This document shows positions 42,568 through 53,276 of a stretch of 64,000 nt of DNA, piece by piece. Made by a program: the position numbers and the translations under genes. Source of the DNA: Bacteroidota bacterium (GTDB lineage: Bacteria > Bacteroidota > Bacteroidia > Bacteroidales > JAHJDW01). The stretch lies in assembly GCA_043800975.1 (NCBI GenBank), contig JAZDMK010000006.1, forward strand, positions 4,678-68,677, written 5' to 3'. The notes beneath the pieces were generated by a model, which made no database searches, was not told the DNA's origin, and saw nothing but the letters and a program-made list of their open reading frames with translations. Positions within the stretch are counted from its first letter, which is position 1. Each line of letters starts with the position of its first letter.

Positions 42568-43446
42568 TTAAATTCTTTTATCCGCCCCCCACATAAGTTT
42601 GTCTCTCAGTGTTTTAAGAAAGCTCTGTTCAATAAATTTTACGAGTTTAATTTCAAAGTCTGCCTTACGGATTTCAAGTTCAGTACCCATTTCAAGTTTC
42701 ATTGACCTTGAATCAACCCCAAGCATAAAGGTTGAATTACGTCCTTCGGTTTTAAAACGCAGGATAGATTCGCTGTTAATGACCATTGGCCTGACGTTCA
42801 GATTATGGGGTGCGATAGGAGTTATAACAAAATCTTTAGAATCAGGCGCCAGAATGGGTCCGCCACAACTAAGGGAATACGCTGTAGAGCCAGTGGGTGT
42901 TGAAATAATCAAGCCGTCGGCCCAGTATGAATTTAAAAATTCCTCATTCAAATAGGCGTGAACGAGAATCATGGATGAAGCTTCATTCTTATTGATTGTG
43001 ATGTCGTTAAGTGCAAAATTTTCTTTCCCGAAAATTCCCAGCCCGGAAGAAATCGAAATTAAAGATCTGGAATCAATATTATAATTCTTATTGAGAATAT
43101 TATCAATAGCCATATCAATTCCTTCAACGGAAACACACGAAAGAAACCCAAGTCTTCCTGTATTAATTCCAAGAATGGGTATAGCTGATTCGCGCACCAG
43201 ACTTACAGCTTCAAGCATAGTCCCGTCGCCACCAATGCTAAACATAAAATCCAGAGAAGGTTTTATTTCAGCGGGTGAATGAAAAACCGGGAAGGCCTTC
43301 GTATCAGGCAAAACTCGGATGTAATCCTTGTAATAGGGTTCGTAGAATACGATGTCGATTTTTGCAGATTCAAGACGGGATATGAGATTCCGGATTTCAC
43401 GAATCCATTTCTCATTCACTTTTCTTCCAAAAATTCCGATTCTCAT
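42568..43446 (-). CDS. nadK: NAD kinase
   Basis: MRIGIFG.., SIGGDGTMLEA, TPTGSTAYSLS.GGPI; start trimmed to ATG 43446. Confidence 0.9.
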   Translation of the reverse strand: MRIGIFGRKVNEKWIREIRNLISRLESAKIDIVFYEPYYKDYIRVLPDTKAFPVFHSPAEIKPSLDFMFSIGGDGTMLEAVSLVRESAIPILGINTGRLGFLSCVSVEGIDMAIDNILNKNYNIDSRSLISISSGLGIFGKENFALNDITINKNEASSMILVHAYLNEEFLNSYWADGLIISTPTGSTAYSLSCGGPILAPDSKDFVITPIAPHNLNVRPMVINSESILRFKTEGRNSTFMLGVDSRSMKLEMGTELEIRKADFEIKLVKFIEQSFLKTLRDKLMWGADKRI

Positions 43447-43453
43447 AAATTGT

Positions 43454-44878
43454 TTATATAGGTGCCAGAAAATGCAAAAATAACCCACTTTCGTTCATGT
43501 GGTTCAAAGAATATTCGATTCTGAATACTTTATCATAATAGGTTACCAGATCAATTCCAATTCCTGTGCTATACAGGAATAAATTAGATAATGGATTGTG
43601 ATTATTCCACTGGTTATCCCAAACGTATCCGCCATCGCTAAACAAATTCAGATACAAGGCGTAATAGCCACGGCCAAACTTCTCGGATGGGATGAAAGAG
43701 AGATGGAATGTGCGGTTGCTGATCAGGGTATATTTCAGATTTGTTTTAAACATAGTGTAGTGCTGCCCATCGACAACATAATATTCATAACCCCGGATGT
43801 ATTGATTGTTATAACCCAGCCCGCGCTGCAGATAATAGGGTTGTGGAAAATGATTCGAAATTTTTCCTGCCACACTGGCCGAAAAATTAAAATGATACGG
43901 TAAAGGAATAAATTTTTTCAATACTGCGGATGCCTGCAAAATATCAAGATTGTCGTTTCCTAAAAAACCCAGGCCATACTTCGCTGTATTGAATTCAAAA
44001 TAATGACCGCGCATCGGATAAAAACGTGAGTCGCGGTAATCGGCAGCAAAACGATAATTAACAGAAAGAAATTGTTTGAATTTTTTTTGATTATTAAAAT
44101 ATTCGGGAGAAGAAACCCGAAGGGAATCTGAAATTTTTGCCTGAACAAATCCAAACTGAATGATGTGATTAAAATACAAGCCCTGCCGGCAGGTCAATTG
44201 TATGTTGGCATTCAATTCATGAAGAGAAAAGTTTTTTTCATCATTGAAATATTGCAGTTCATTTCCCCAGGAACGATAGGGAATCATATGATTACGGGAT
44301 AACGTGAATACGAATGCAGAGCCAAACACTTGTTTTTTGTCGAGATAAGGAATCTTATAAGCCATTCCGATTTCCTGATCATAGCCGGTGCGGGCAAGGA
44401 ATTTCAGCGATTCTTTTCGTCCCCTGAAGTTAACCCGATCGATAAAAATACCGTAATTTATTTTTTTAAAATCAGGATTTTTTATCCAGACATTGATATC
44501 CCGCTCTGCGATTTCTAATAGCGGAAACGGCCACAGATACCATCTTTCAACAACACTGATTAAAATTGAACCTGAAGAATCTTTTTTTTCTATCGTAACG
44601 AAATTAAATAATGAAGTATTTAAAAGATTTTCACGACTGCTTCTGAAAAGATCTTTTTCTTCGGGAAGAAAAATTGTATCACCAGTCTGGAACTCCAGTT
44701 CTCGAAAGATAATATGAGAGCGTGTTATCTTGTTCCCGGATACTTCAATTTTTTTAACAATAAAATAGGACGTGTCAATTGTTTGCGAAAATGAAAAGGA
44801 AGAATAAAAAATGAGAAATAGTAAACAAAAGAAATTGTACAAAAAACAAAATGATAATTTATGCTTTGCTTTACCCAT
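43454..44878 (-). CDS. Omp85 (BamA/TamA-like) family outer-membrane protein with a single POTRA
   Basis: VKKIEVSGNKITRSHIIFRELEFQTGD POTRA, then a beta-barrel ending in an aromatic-rich strand. Confidence 0.7.
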   Translation of the reverse strand: MGKAKHKLSFCFLYNFFCLLFLIFYSSFSFSQTIDTSYFIVKKIEVSGNKITRSHIIFRELEFQTGDTIFLPEEKDLFRSSRENLLNTSLFNFVTIEKKDSSGSILISVVERWYLWPFPLLEIAERDINVWIKNPDFKKINYGIFIDRVNFRGRKESLKFLARTGYDQEIGMAYKIPYLDKKQVFGSAFVFTLSRNHMIPYRSWGNELQYFNDEKNFSLHELNANIQLTCRQGLYFNHIIQFGFVQAKISDSLRVSSPEYFNNQKKFKQFLSVNYRFAADYRDSRFYPMRGHYFEFNTAKYGLGFLGNDNLDILQASAVLKKFIPLPYHFNFSASVAGKISNHFPQPYYLQRGLGYNNQYIRGYEYYVVDGQHYTMFKTNLKYTLISNRTFHLSFIPSEKFGRGYYALYLNLFSDGGYVWDNQWNNHNPLSNLFLYSTGIGIDLVTYYDKVFRIEYSLNHMNESGLFLHFLAPI

Positions 44879-44886
44879 TGGGCGTT

Positions 44887-45549
44887 TTAGATATTCAGAT
44901 AGTTCATAAACTGATCGTAGCGGTCTTTTAAATCATCCAGATATTCCGCTTCGCTAAATGATGCTTTTACAATATAATCATACCTGTGAAAAGTTTTCAG
45001 GATGGGTTCAATATTCGTCACATTGACTTTCAGCGTAACCTCCATTTTCATGGAATCGGTATGAGAAGTGACGTAGCTGCTCAAAACTTTTGCATCATTC
45101 GATTCTACAATTTGTGCAATCTGACTAAGTGAATAATTATTCATGTTTAATTCCAGCACAATAATACCGCCCGGATTTTGAATAGCGCCCATCTCAGAGA
45201 ATGCAGTAACCAGCCCGCGAAGGGTAATCACACCCAGATAATTATTTTTTTCATCTAAAACCGGAATCAACGACAACTTCAAATTTGCCATGGTACGGAT
45301 CACCTCATAAATGTGCTGGCCCTTACTGACAAAAGGTTTTTGCAGCGATAGGGAATGATTTCCCACGGGTTCATCCGGAAGATTTGCATCAAAAAGGTCA
45401 CTTTCGGAAATAACACCGAGAAACTGCTCGTTGTTTACAATCGGAAGGTGAGAAACTTTATACTCTTCCATCAATAGCAATGCTTTATCACCGGTGTCGG
45501 AAGTTTTCAGCGGCATTACGGTTTCGGACAGGAGCTTTTCGGCAATCAT
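44887..45549 (-). CDS. CBS-domain pair protein
   Basis: Two CBS-like repeats (..[19 protein letters not shown].. / ..[20 protein letters not shown]..). Confidence 0.8.
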   Translation of the reverse strand: MIAEKLLSETVMPLKTSDTGDKALLLMEEYKVSHLPIVNNEQFLGVISESDLFDANLPDEPVGNHSLSLQKPFVSKGQHIYEVIRTMANLKLSLIPVLDEKNNYLGVITLRGLVTAFSEMGAIQNPGGIIVLELNMNNYSLSQIAQIVESNDAKVLSSYVTSHTDSMKMEVTLKVNVTNIEPILKTFHRYDYIVKASFSEAEYLDDLKDRYDQFMNYLNI

Positions 45550-45649
45550 GGTTTAGCTTTTTTACAAGAGAATAAAAGTATAAAGAATTTCGATACAGCC
45601 CGACAAAGACAAATTTTCTTTTGTTTTTTTTATGCAGATAAGATATTGC

Positions 45650-45657
45650 TAACTTTG
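45650..45657 (+). promoter_or_regulatory. candidate -7 promoter box (TAnnTTTG)
   Basis: TAACTTTG lies 16 nt upstream of ATG 45673. Confidence 0.45.
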
Positions 45658-45672
45658 CACAAAAGTGAAGAA

Positions 45673-46386
45673 ATGACCAAGCTTAGTGTAAATATCAATA
45701 AAATAGCCACCCTCCGAAATGCCCGCGGAGGAAATATTCCCGATGTTCTTAAAGCAGCGCTTGACATTGAAAAATTCGGAGCAGAAGGCATTACCGTGCA
45801 TCCACGTCCCGACGAAAGGCATATTCGCTATGCAGATGTATATGCATTGAAACCGGTTCTTAAAACGGAATTTAATATTGAGGGATACCCCAACGAACGC
45901 TTCATTCAGTTAATAGAAGAAGTTCGCCCGGCTCAGGTAACACTGGTTCCCGATCCGCCGGATGCGCTGACATCCAATGCGGGCTGGGATACCAAAAAGA
46001 ATAAAGATCTTTTAAAAGAGCTTTCTGAGGATTTTGAAAAATGGGGTGTGCGTGTTTCTATATTCATCAATCCCGATGTTGAGATGATCAAACATGCCGC
46101 CGATACAGGTGCAGACAGAGTTGAATTGTATACCGAGTCATATGCTTCCGGGTATGTCAAAGACCGTGAAAAAGCTATTGCGCCTTTTATTCTGGCAGCG
46201 CAAACAGCTATTCATGCAGGTCTTGGATTGAATGCCGGCCACGATCTGAGTCTCGAAAATTTAAAATATTTTAAAGAAAAAATTCCGGGATTGATGGAAG
46301 TTTCTATTGGTCATGCTTTGATTTCTGATGCCTTGTATCTAGGAATGGAAAACACAGTCAGGCTTTATTTAGATTGCCTCAAATAA
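45673..46386 (+). CDS. pdxJ: pyridoxine 5'-phosphate synthase
   Basis: [43 protein letters not shown]. Confidence 0.92.
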   Translation: MTKLSVNINKIATLRNARGGNIPDVLKAALDIEKFGAEGITVHPRPDERHIRYADVYALKPVLKTEFNIEGYPNERFIQLIEEVRPAQVTLVPDPPDALTSNAGWDTKKNKDLLKELSEDFEKWGVRVSIFINPDVEMIKHAADTGADRVELYTESYASGYVKDREKAIAPFILAAQTAIHAGLGLNAGHDLSLENLKYFKEKIPGLMEVSIGHALISDALYLGMENTVRLYLDCLK

Positions 46387-46390
46387 ATTC

Positions 46391-47158
46391 ATGAAGCTCT
46401 TTTTTCAGAAAATGGGCGAGGGCCGACCCCTTTTTATTCTGCACGGCTTATTTGGTTTGTCCGACAACTGGTATTCCATCGGGAAAAAACTTTCTTCGCA
46501 ATTTTGTGTTTACATTCCTGATATGCGCAATCACGGGCACTCCGGGCATTCTGATGATATGAATTATGAAGTAATGTCGGATGATCTGACTGCATTTATT
46601 GAAAGTGAAAATATTACCAATCCCATAATTGTTGGACATTCAATGGGTGGCAAAGTGGCTTTGCAATTTGCCCTTAATCATTCGGATATTCCTGCAGGAC
46701 TTATCATTATTGATATTACAGCAGCTCAATATCCGCTTCATCATAAAAAATTTACGCAGGATTTGCTTCAGGTAAATTTTTCAGATGTCAAGGAAAGAAA
46801 AGATATTGAAATTCAGCTGGAGCAATTTATCAGCGAGCCTGCGGTATTGCAGCTGATGATGAAAAATATTCAGAGAAATGATAAGGGCAGGTTTCATTGG
46901 AAGTTCAACCTAGATGCAATTTCCAGGAACCTTGAAAATATTCATGCAAGAATTTATTCAGAGAACACTTTCAAAAAGCCTGCAATGCTGCTGCGCGGAA
47001 CCGATTCAGAGTTCGTAAAGGAAGATTCTTTTGCTGAAACAAAATTGTTGTTTCCACTTTTAGAATTATCCACAATTGAAAATGCAGGGCACTGGGTGCA
47101 GGCCGATCAGCCCGAGGAAGTACTGTATAAAATTATTAGATTCAGCGAAGCAATTTAA
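46391..47158 (+). CDS. alpha/beta hydrolase
   Basis: HGLFG.., GHSMGG nucleophile elbow, C-terminal ..AGHW. Confidence 0.85.
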   Translation: MKLFFQKMGEGRPLFILHGLFGLSDNWYSIGKKLSSQFCVYIPDMRNHGHSGHSDDMNYEVMSDDLTAFIESENITNPIIVGHSMGGKVALQFALNHSDIPAGLIIIDITAAQYPLHHKKFTQDLLQVNFSDVKERKDIEIQLEQFISEPAVLQLMMKNIQRNDKGRFHWKFNLDAISRNLENIHARIYSENTFKKPAMLLRGTDSEFVKEDSFAETKLLFPLLELSTIENAGHWVQADQPEEVLYKIIRFSEAI

Positions 47159-47994
47159 TTTTTTAGAAATTTTTTCCGAATCTGCACACCTTTGTTATTG
47201 GTAGCAATGAGTGTATAGAAGCCGCTTGGAAAGGAAGAAAGATCAATCGAAAAATTATTGCTTATTTTAACATTGTTCAGATAAAGTGTTTCTCCAAGAT
47301 TATTAATTACTGAAAGTTGAGTCATATTAAAATGGGCTGGTTCAATATTCAATACATCCAATGCAGGATTGGGATACACATGAATATTTCCGGCTTCATT
47401 TTCTTTAACTGACATTGCCGGGATATTTGTAATAGTAATATCGTCAATAGCCACACCTTCGCCACCGCCAATGGTAATCAAAATAGAATCCGTTGCACCG
47501 ATCTGGGCCGAGGGAATTCCCACAGTCAGGTTCATCCAGTTATTCATCGCAGAGAATTCCGACCAGATAACATGGTTCGAAGGTCCATTTTTGATATTGA
47601 CCTGAAGCACGGGCATCCCCCATGTCAAAGTGCTTGTAATGTAATAGCGGCAACTGAAAACCAAAGAATCGGCCGATGAAAGATCAACTGTTCCGGTACT
47701 TACATTTGCAACATAGAAGCCACCGCAGGGAGACTGCGGATTGACGGCCATAAAATATCCGCCGTTCTGTGATCCGTTAAAATTCACATTTGCGGAAAAA
47801 AATATGGCAGCATTTCCTCTTGATGCTTCACCGCAGGGAGAAGCACCTTCGGTAAGCTGAAGGTCACCGGGATTTACAAATGAAGTAACAGGGCTTGTTT
47901 CAAAATCTTCATGAAACAGAATCTGCGCTTGTGCTGTAAAATTTAGCGATGTTGCTAAAAGTATAATTGCGGAAAAAATAGTTTTGGTTTTCAT
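47155..47994 (-). CDS. secreted protein with T9SS C-terminal sorting domain
   Basis: Signal peptide MKTKTIFSAIILLATSLNFTAQAQ; C-terminus ..VYPNPALDVLNIE..FPSGFYTLIATNNKG.. Confidence 0.75.
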   Translation of the reverse strand: MKTKTIFSAIILLATSLNFTAQAQILFHEDFETSPVTSFVNPGDLQLTEGASPCGEASRGNAAIFFSANVNFNGSQNGGYFMAVNPQSPCGGFYVANVSTGTVDLSSADSLVFSCRYYITSTLTWGMPVLQVNIKNGPSNHVIWSEFSAMNNWMNLTVGIPSAQIGATDSILITIGGGEGVAIDDITITNIPAMSVKENEAGNIHVYPNPALDVLNIEPAHFNMTQLSVINNLGETLYLNNVKISNNFSIDLSSFPSGFYTLIATNNKGVQIRKKFLKN

Positions 47995-48055
47995 AATGTA
48001 TGGTTTGAGAGGATTTGTGTAAAGATAAATAGAAAAGAACAAATGAAAAAAAACA

Positions 48056-48574
48056 TTAAGATTCTTTTTGAACATCGTTCAGACGGAAGCCATACTTCCC
48101 TGCAAATTCTTTTTGTTTTGTTTTGAATTCATCCAAAGCCAGATCAAGCTCAAGGCGAATATCAGAGCGAAGCTTATCCAGTTTTTTTTGCTGAAAAACG
48201 GAAAATGTGCGTAGGTGCGTATCGCTGATCTGAATTATTTCGGCGTATTGTTTTTCTAAGAGCGTTCTGTATAAATTTATAAGTTTTAAGGCTGCGTTTT
48301 TTAACGAATTGTTGTTTTCGAAGTCGCCTTGTTTTTCAATTGCCATTGCAGATATGCCGGTTTGTTTAATTGCATTCAATCTGTTTTTTTCTGAAAGTTG
48401 TACATCTCCATTTTCAAAAGACTTATCGAGAATATTCATTTCTTCCACAACCAAAGACTGGTATTTGATAATTGTGTCGTTGTATTGCACCGCATGCTTC
48501 GAGCTGGATGAACAGGAAGGCAATACAAGACTCAGCGCGATGCAGATTGATAGTATGGCGGGTGTAATTTTCAT
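48056..48574 (-). CDS. hypothetical lipoprotein
   Basis: MKITPAILSICIALSLVLPSC lipobox; helical. Confidence 0.55.
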   Translation of the reverse strand: MKITPAILSICIALSLVLPSCSSSSKHAVQYNDTIIKYQSLVVEEMNILDKSFENGDVQLSEKNRLNAIKQTGISAMAIEKQGDFENNNSLKNAALKLINLYRTLLEKQYAEIIQISDTHLRTFSVFQQKKLDKLRSDIRLELDLALDEFKTKQKEFAGKYGFRLNDVQKES

Positions 48575-48646
48575 ATCTCAGCACAAAATTAATCTTTTTA
48601 GGTTGTGTATAGAATGAATAAGAAAAAAATCAGTTTGTTTTTATTG

Positions 48647-48654
48647 TATTTTTG
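48647..48654 (+). promoter_or_regulatory. candidate -7 promoter box (TAnnTTTG)
   Basis: TATTTTTG lies 18 nt upstream of ATG 48672. Confidence 0.45.
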
Positions 48655-48671
48655 GAAATCAATTCAAGAAT

Positions 48672-49427
48672 ATGACTCCGGTTTCTGCGGTGATAATTAC
48701 TTTTAATGAAGAGCGCAACATTGCGCGCTGCATTGATTCCCTAAAAGGAATTGCAAATGAGATTGTGGTGCTGGATTCTTTTTCCAAAGATAAAACCGAA
48801 GAAATCTGCCGAAATCTTGGGGTGAAATTTTTTCAGCATGCTTTCGACGGGCATATTCAGCAAAAAAACAGGGCAATCAAGTACGCTACCTATCCGCATG
48901 TGTTGTCGCTTGATGCGGATGAAGCTTTGTCGGATGAACTAAAAAAATCAATTCTGGATGTAAAAAATAATTTTTCACGGGATGGTTATTCCATGAACCG
49001 CATGACGAATTATTGCGGGAAGTGGATCAAGCACAGCGGCTGGTATCCGGACAGAAAGTTGCGGCTTTGGAATTCTCAAAAGGGCGAATGGCGCGGGATC
49101 AATCCGCATGATAAATACGAATTGTTTGAAGGTGGCAATGAAGGATTTTTAAAGGGCGATCTTTTGCATTATTCTTATTACAGCATTGAGCAGCACCGCG
49201 AGCAGATCGAGAAATTCAGTACTATTGCCGCGAAAGCACTTTACGGGATGAATAAAAAATCAACACTGCTGCATTTGATTATTAAACCCGTTGCCAAATT
49301 TATCAGAAACTATTTTCTGAAACTGGGTTTTCTGGATGGCGCTTCCGGTTGGACCATCTGCAGGCTAACTGCGAAAGAGACGTATATGAAGTATGCGAAA
49401 CTGCGGAAGTTAAACAAGGATAAATAG
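48672..49427 (+). CDS. glycosyltransferase family 2
   Basis: VSAVIITFNEERNI..LDSFSKDKT..LSLDADE. Confidence 0.85.
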   Translation: MTPVSAVIITFNEERNIARCIDSLKGIANEIVVLDSFSKDKTEEICRNLGVKFFQHAFDGHIQQKNRAIKYATYPHVLSLDADEALSDELKKSILDVKNNFSRDGYSMNRMTNYCGKWIKHSGWYPDRKLRLWNSQKGEWRGINPHDKYELFEGGNEGFLKGDLLHYSYYSIEQHREQIEKFSTIAAKALYGMNKKSTLLHLIIKPVAKFIRNYFLKLGFLDGASGWTICRLTAKETYMKYAKLRKLNKDK

Positions 49428-49432
49428 AAATC

Positions 49433-50779
49433 TTATTTCGGTTGCGATCCAACAGGTTTCTGCGGAGTATCCTGTGGGTTCAAAAGATTTTTCACCAGTT
49501 TTCCTTTATCATAAATGGCCTGAAATAGTATCTGTCCGTCTTTGCTGTAGAATGTCCATTTGCCATCTTTCTTGCTGTGATAGTAGCTTCCTTTTTCAGC
49601 CACTTTTTTGTTGGCATGATAGGAAATAAATTTTCCGTGTAAAATATTTTTATTGAAAGTTTCTTTCATCATCAGGCGGTTGAACATATCGTAAAATTCC
49701 CATTCACCCTGTTTTTTATCATCCAGATAGCTTCCTTTTTCAAGTGTTTTGCCCGTTTCGTAGTTGCCAAAATACTTGCCGTTCTTTAATCCTTTTTTAT
49801 AGGTACACATGTATTCCGTTTCGCCATTTTCAAACCAGTGCGTATCCGAACCGTCTTTTACGTTGTCCTTGTAATGGGTAACATATTTTACTTTGCCACT
49901 TTTGAACCAACCTTCCCATTTGCCCGTCATTTGCCCTGCCGAGAAGAATCCTTTATCACGCAGCACACCATCTTCATACCATGTATTCCATTCACCTTCT
50001 TCTTTTCCGTTTTTAAAAAGACCGGTGTGATGTACTTTTCCGTTTTTATGCCATGCCGTGGTAGTGCCTTCTTTCATGCCCATGACGTAAGTAATCTCTT
50101 TCCACTTTTCATCCGTGTCGTAATAATAGGTCCACTTTCCATTTAGTTTGCCGTTGCTGAAAGAGCCTTCACTGCCCGGTTTCCCGTTGAAGTGATAAAA
50201 TGTCCAGGGCCCGTCCTGTAAGCCTGCAACAGAACTGCCTTTCATTTCAACATTTTCGTTACCGTACCACCAGGTGGCAGGACCTTCAATTTTTCCATCT
50301 TTATAAACACCTTCAAATTCTTTTTTGCCGTTGTTGTGCCAGCTGGTGCAAGGGCCGTTCTGCATTCCGTTTGCATACACTGCTTCTTTTTTTAATCTGC
50401 CAAGTGTGTCCCAATAAAGCCATTTGCCACTCATCTTTCCATTACATACAGGACCGCGCATTTCTTCTTTTCCGTTTTCATACCAGTTCACACTAATACC
50501 ACTGTCGGCTGCAATCACGCTCCATTTGCGACCTGTATGATAAAAATAATTCCATTTTCCGGTTTTTTTACCTTCTTTGAAATTACCCACACACATCTTT
50601 TGGCCGTTCTCATACCAATAGGTCCACAATTCTGTTTCCAGAGAATCTATTTTATAACCTTCGCTTTTTTTCTGTTTGTTGGGCCAGAAATCGGTTGAGA
50701 GTTTTTTAACAGGCTGCGCAGAAAGCAGAAGAGATGAGATCAGGAATATGCTAAGAAAACAAAAGGATTTTTTATTCAT
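49433..50779 (-). CDS. MORN-variant / YwqK-like repeat protein (secreted)
   Basis: Signal peptide, then about 15 repeats of G.W..(W/Y)..NG......(F/Y).(N/D)GK..G. Confidence 0.75.
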   Translation of the reverse strand: MNKKSFCFLSIFLISSLLLSAQPVKKLSTDFWPNKQKKSEGYKIDSLETELWTYWYENGQKMCVGNFKEGKKTGKWNYFYHTGRKWSVIAADSGISVNWYENGKEEMRGPVCNGKMSGKWLYWDTLGRLKKEAVYANGMQNGPCTSWHNNGKKEFEGVYKDGKIEGPATWWYGNENVEMKGSSVAGLQDGPWTFYHFNGKPGSEGSFSNGKLNGKWTYYYDTDEKWKEITYVMGMKEGTTTAWHKNGKVHHTGLFKNGKEEGEWNTWYEDGVLRDKGFFSAGQMTGKWEGWFKSGKVKYVTHYKDNVKDGSDTHWFENGETEYMCTYKKGLKNGKYFGNYETGKTLEKGSYLDDKKQGEWEFYDMFNRLMMKETFNKNILHGKFISYHANKKVAEKGSYYHSKKDGKWTFYSKDGQILFQAIYDKGKLVKNLLNPQDTPQKPVGSQPK

Positions 50780-50865
50780 TTGATTTGATTTTAATCAGGT
50801 ACAATAATATCAATTTTTAAAAGAACGTAAGAACATCCTAAAAAAGTATTATCAACCGGAAGTTG

Positions 50866-51840
50866 TCAGTTATTTCTTTGAATGGTAAACAAAATAAGAT
50901 TTTCAAAAGAGTCTCTTGCAGCGCAGGGAGCAGCAACCTCTTTCAGTAAAACGATCGCATCCTCTGCCAGTGAATCCATTTTTTTCTGAGCCATGGATAT
51001 CCCACCTTTTTCATTTACAAACCGAATGACTTCCTCCACCTTGCCCTTTTTTTCACTGTCATGTTTGATGGTTCTCAGAATTTTTTTCTTTTCAGAAGGA
51101 TCGGATTTTTGTAGCGCGTAAATCAAAGGAAGTGTAACTTTTTGCTCTCGGATATCGAGACCCGTAGGCTTTCCAATGCTTTTCGAAATCCTGTAATCAA
51201 ACACATCATCCCGAATCTGGAATGCAGTTCCCAGCAATTCGCCAACCCGGTACATTTTTTTTGATATTTCTTCGGAACAGCCTGCTGATAAAGATCCGCA
51301 CGCACAACAAGCACCAAAAAGAGTGGCTGTTTTTCGGCGGATTACTTCAAAATAAAGTTCTTCGGTGATATCAAGCTTTCTGGCTTTTTCATATTGCAAT
51401 AGTTCGCCTTCACTCATGTCGCGAACAGCGCGGGACACGATTTCGAGCAAAGGATAATCTTTATTTTCCAGTGCAAGCAACATCCCGCGGGAAAGAAGAA
51501 AATCGCCGGATAAAACAGAAATTTTGTTTTTCCAGATAGCGTTCAGTGAAAAGAATCCTCTACGTTCATCCGAATTATCAACCACATCATCATGGATGAG
51601 CGTGGCAGAATGCAAGAGCTCAATCAAAGCTGCTGCGCGATACGTGGATTCTGTTGCTTCATTAAAAATCTTTGCAGCCAGAAAAACAAACATCGGGCGA
51701 ACCTGCTTGCCTTTTCGTTTCAGCATATAGCGCAGAACCTTATCCAATAAAGGAATGGGTGTTTGAATGTACTCGCGGAATTTGGTGTCGAATACATCAA
51801 GTTCTTTCTGTATGGGTTGTTTCAGATCGGAAAGATTCAT
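50866..51840 (-). CDS. polyprenyl diphosphate synthase (IspB-like)
   Basis: LIHDDVVDNSDERRG and FQIRDDVFD motifs; TTG at 51864 trimmed to ATG 51840. Confidence 0.88.
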   Translation of the reverse strand: MNLSDLKQPIQKELDVFDTKFREYIQTPIPLLDKVLRYMLKRKGKQVRPMFVFLAAKIFNEATESTYRAAALIELLHSATLIHDDVVDNSDERRGFFSLNAIWKNKISVLSGDFLLSRGMLLALENKDYPLLEIVSRAVRDMSEGELLQYEKARKLDITEELYFEVIRRKTATLFGACCACGSLSAGCSEEISKKMYRVGELLGTAFQIRDDVFDYRISKSIGKPTGLDIREQKVTLPLIYALQKSDPSEKKKILRTIKHDSEKKGKVEEVIRFVNEKGGISMAQKKMDSLAEDAIVLLKEVAAPCAARDSFENLILFTIQRNN

Positions 51841-51876
51841 ATTTGAATAAATGAATGCGGACAAAGATACAAAATT

Positions 51877-51915
51877 GACCGAAGACCGTAGTCAGAAGAC
51901 CGAAATGGAAAAGCC
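51877..51915 (-). repeat. GGTCTTCG-type repeat element (second locus)
   Basis: The reverse complement GGCTTTTCCATTTCGGTCTTCTGACTACGGTCTTCGGTC aligns with 33946-33983. Confidence 0.75.
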
Positions 51916-51972
51916 AGCGTTAGTTTCTCCTTTCTTAATTTGTATTTTTCCATTTGACATGCTTCGATTGTT

Positions 51973-51980
51973 TACTTTTG
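51973..51980 (+). promoter_or_regulatory. candidate -7 promoter box (TAnnTTTG)
   Basis: TACTTTTG lies 13 nt upstream of ATG 51993. Confidence 0.45.
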
Positions 51981-51992
51981 CAAAAAAGATAT

Positions 51993-52772
51993 ATGGGAAC
52001 GTTTCTTTTTCACAACGTTGTATTTGGGCCGGTGCTAAGTCGCAGACTTGGGCTTTCACTTGGAATAAACCTTCTGCCATTAAACCGAAAAATTTGCAAT
52101 TTCAACTGCATTTATTGTGAGTGTGGATGGACGGAAGCAGCTGTTATACCCGAAAATGAATATCCTCCCCGTGAGCTGGTCAAAGAAAAACTTATAGAAC
52201 GACTCAAGGAACTTGCCGAACAACAGCATTTGCCGGAAGCAATCACATTCGCTGGAAATGGAGAGCCCACCCTGCACCCATTGTTTTCTGAAATTATTGA
52301 TGATACAATTGAAGCCAGAAATATATTTGCACCTGATGCAAAGGTTACAGTTCTATCAAATGCATCGGGTATTGTTAATGACAAAATTTTTGAGGCACTG
52401 AAAAAAATTGACAACAATATTTTAAAACTTGACGCGGGTTCACAAGAGACGCTGGCAAAAATTAACCGTCCGTTATCAGAATGTAATCTTGAATTGCTTA
52501 CTGATCGAATGAAATCTTTTCATGGAAAAATGATTATACAATCGCTTTTTCTGCGTGGAGAAGTGGATGGAATTCCGGTTGATAATGTAAGTGATGAAGA
52601 AATCAAGCTATGGTTAAAAATAGTTTGTGAAGTGAAGCCATCGCTAGTAATGATATACCCTGTTGCACGTTCAACGCCGGGTGGAGGAATTGAAAAAGTT
52701 TCGCGGGAAGAATTAGAAGCGATTGCTGCACGCGTGAATGCATGCGGGATTGAAACGATGGTCGTTAATTAG
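51993..52772 (+). CDS. radical SAM protein
   Basis: VFGPVLSRRLGLSLGINL..CNFNCIYC (CX3CX2C); start trimmed to ATG 51993. Confidence 0.8.
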   Translation: MGTFLFHNVVFGPVLSRRLGLSLGINLLPLNRKICNFNCIYCECGWTEAAVIPENEYPPRELVKEKLIERLKELAEQQHLPEAITFAGNGEPTLHPLFSEIIDDTIEARNIFAPDAKVTVLSNASGIVNDKIFEALKKIDNNILKLDAGSQETLAKINRPLSECNLELLTDRMKSFHGKMIIQSLFLRGEVDGIPVDNVSDEEIKLWLKIVCEVKPSLVMIYPVARSTPGGGIEKVSREELEAIAARVNACGIETMVVN

Positions 52773-52775
52773 AAT

Positions 52776-53276
52776 TTATTTTTTCTTCGTAGTTTTCTTT
52801 AAGGATGCATTAAACTGAAACGGAAGGAAAGTTTCGGAAGAAGGCGCTACTATTATTTTGTCATTCGTTCCAGAAAGCAAAATGGTAATTGGTTTTTTCT
52901 GCAAAGATTCATATTCTGCAATTACCTGCCGGCAGGAACCGCAAGGGTATATAGGTACAGAAGCCGGTTTTCCATGTGATTCGGCTGTAATTGCTATGGC
53001 TTTAATTTTTGCTTTCGGAAAATTAGCTTTGGCAGAAAAAAGGGCAACTCTTTCAGCGCACATGCCTGAAGGAAAAGCAATATTTTCCTGGTTGTTTCCC
53101 TGAACAATCACATTGTTGTCGAGCCAAACTGCACAACCTACCTGAAATTCTGAATAAGGTGCATAAGCGTCCTTTGCTGCACGTTTAGCGGCATGAAGTA
53201 ATGATGCAAAATCAGGATCGAGTTCCCTGGCATTACTAAATTCCTGTATTGTCAGTATGGTTTTAATTTTTTTCAT
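52776..53276 (-). CDS. cdd: cytidine deaminase
   Basis: CAERVALF and PCGSCRQV zinc motifs; start trimmed to ATG 53276 (14-nt overlap with the upstream gene). Confidence 0.88.
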   Translation of the reverse strand: MKKIKTILTIQEFSNARELDPDFASLLHAAKRAAKDAYAPYSEFQVGCAVWLDNNVIVQGNNQENIAFPSGMCAERVALFSAKANFPKAKIKAIAITAESHGKPASVPIYPCGSCRQVIAEYESLQKKPITILLSGTNDKIIVAPSSETFLPFQFNASLKKTTKKK

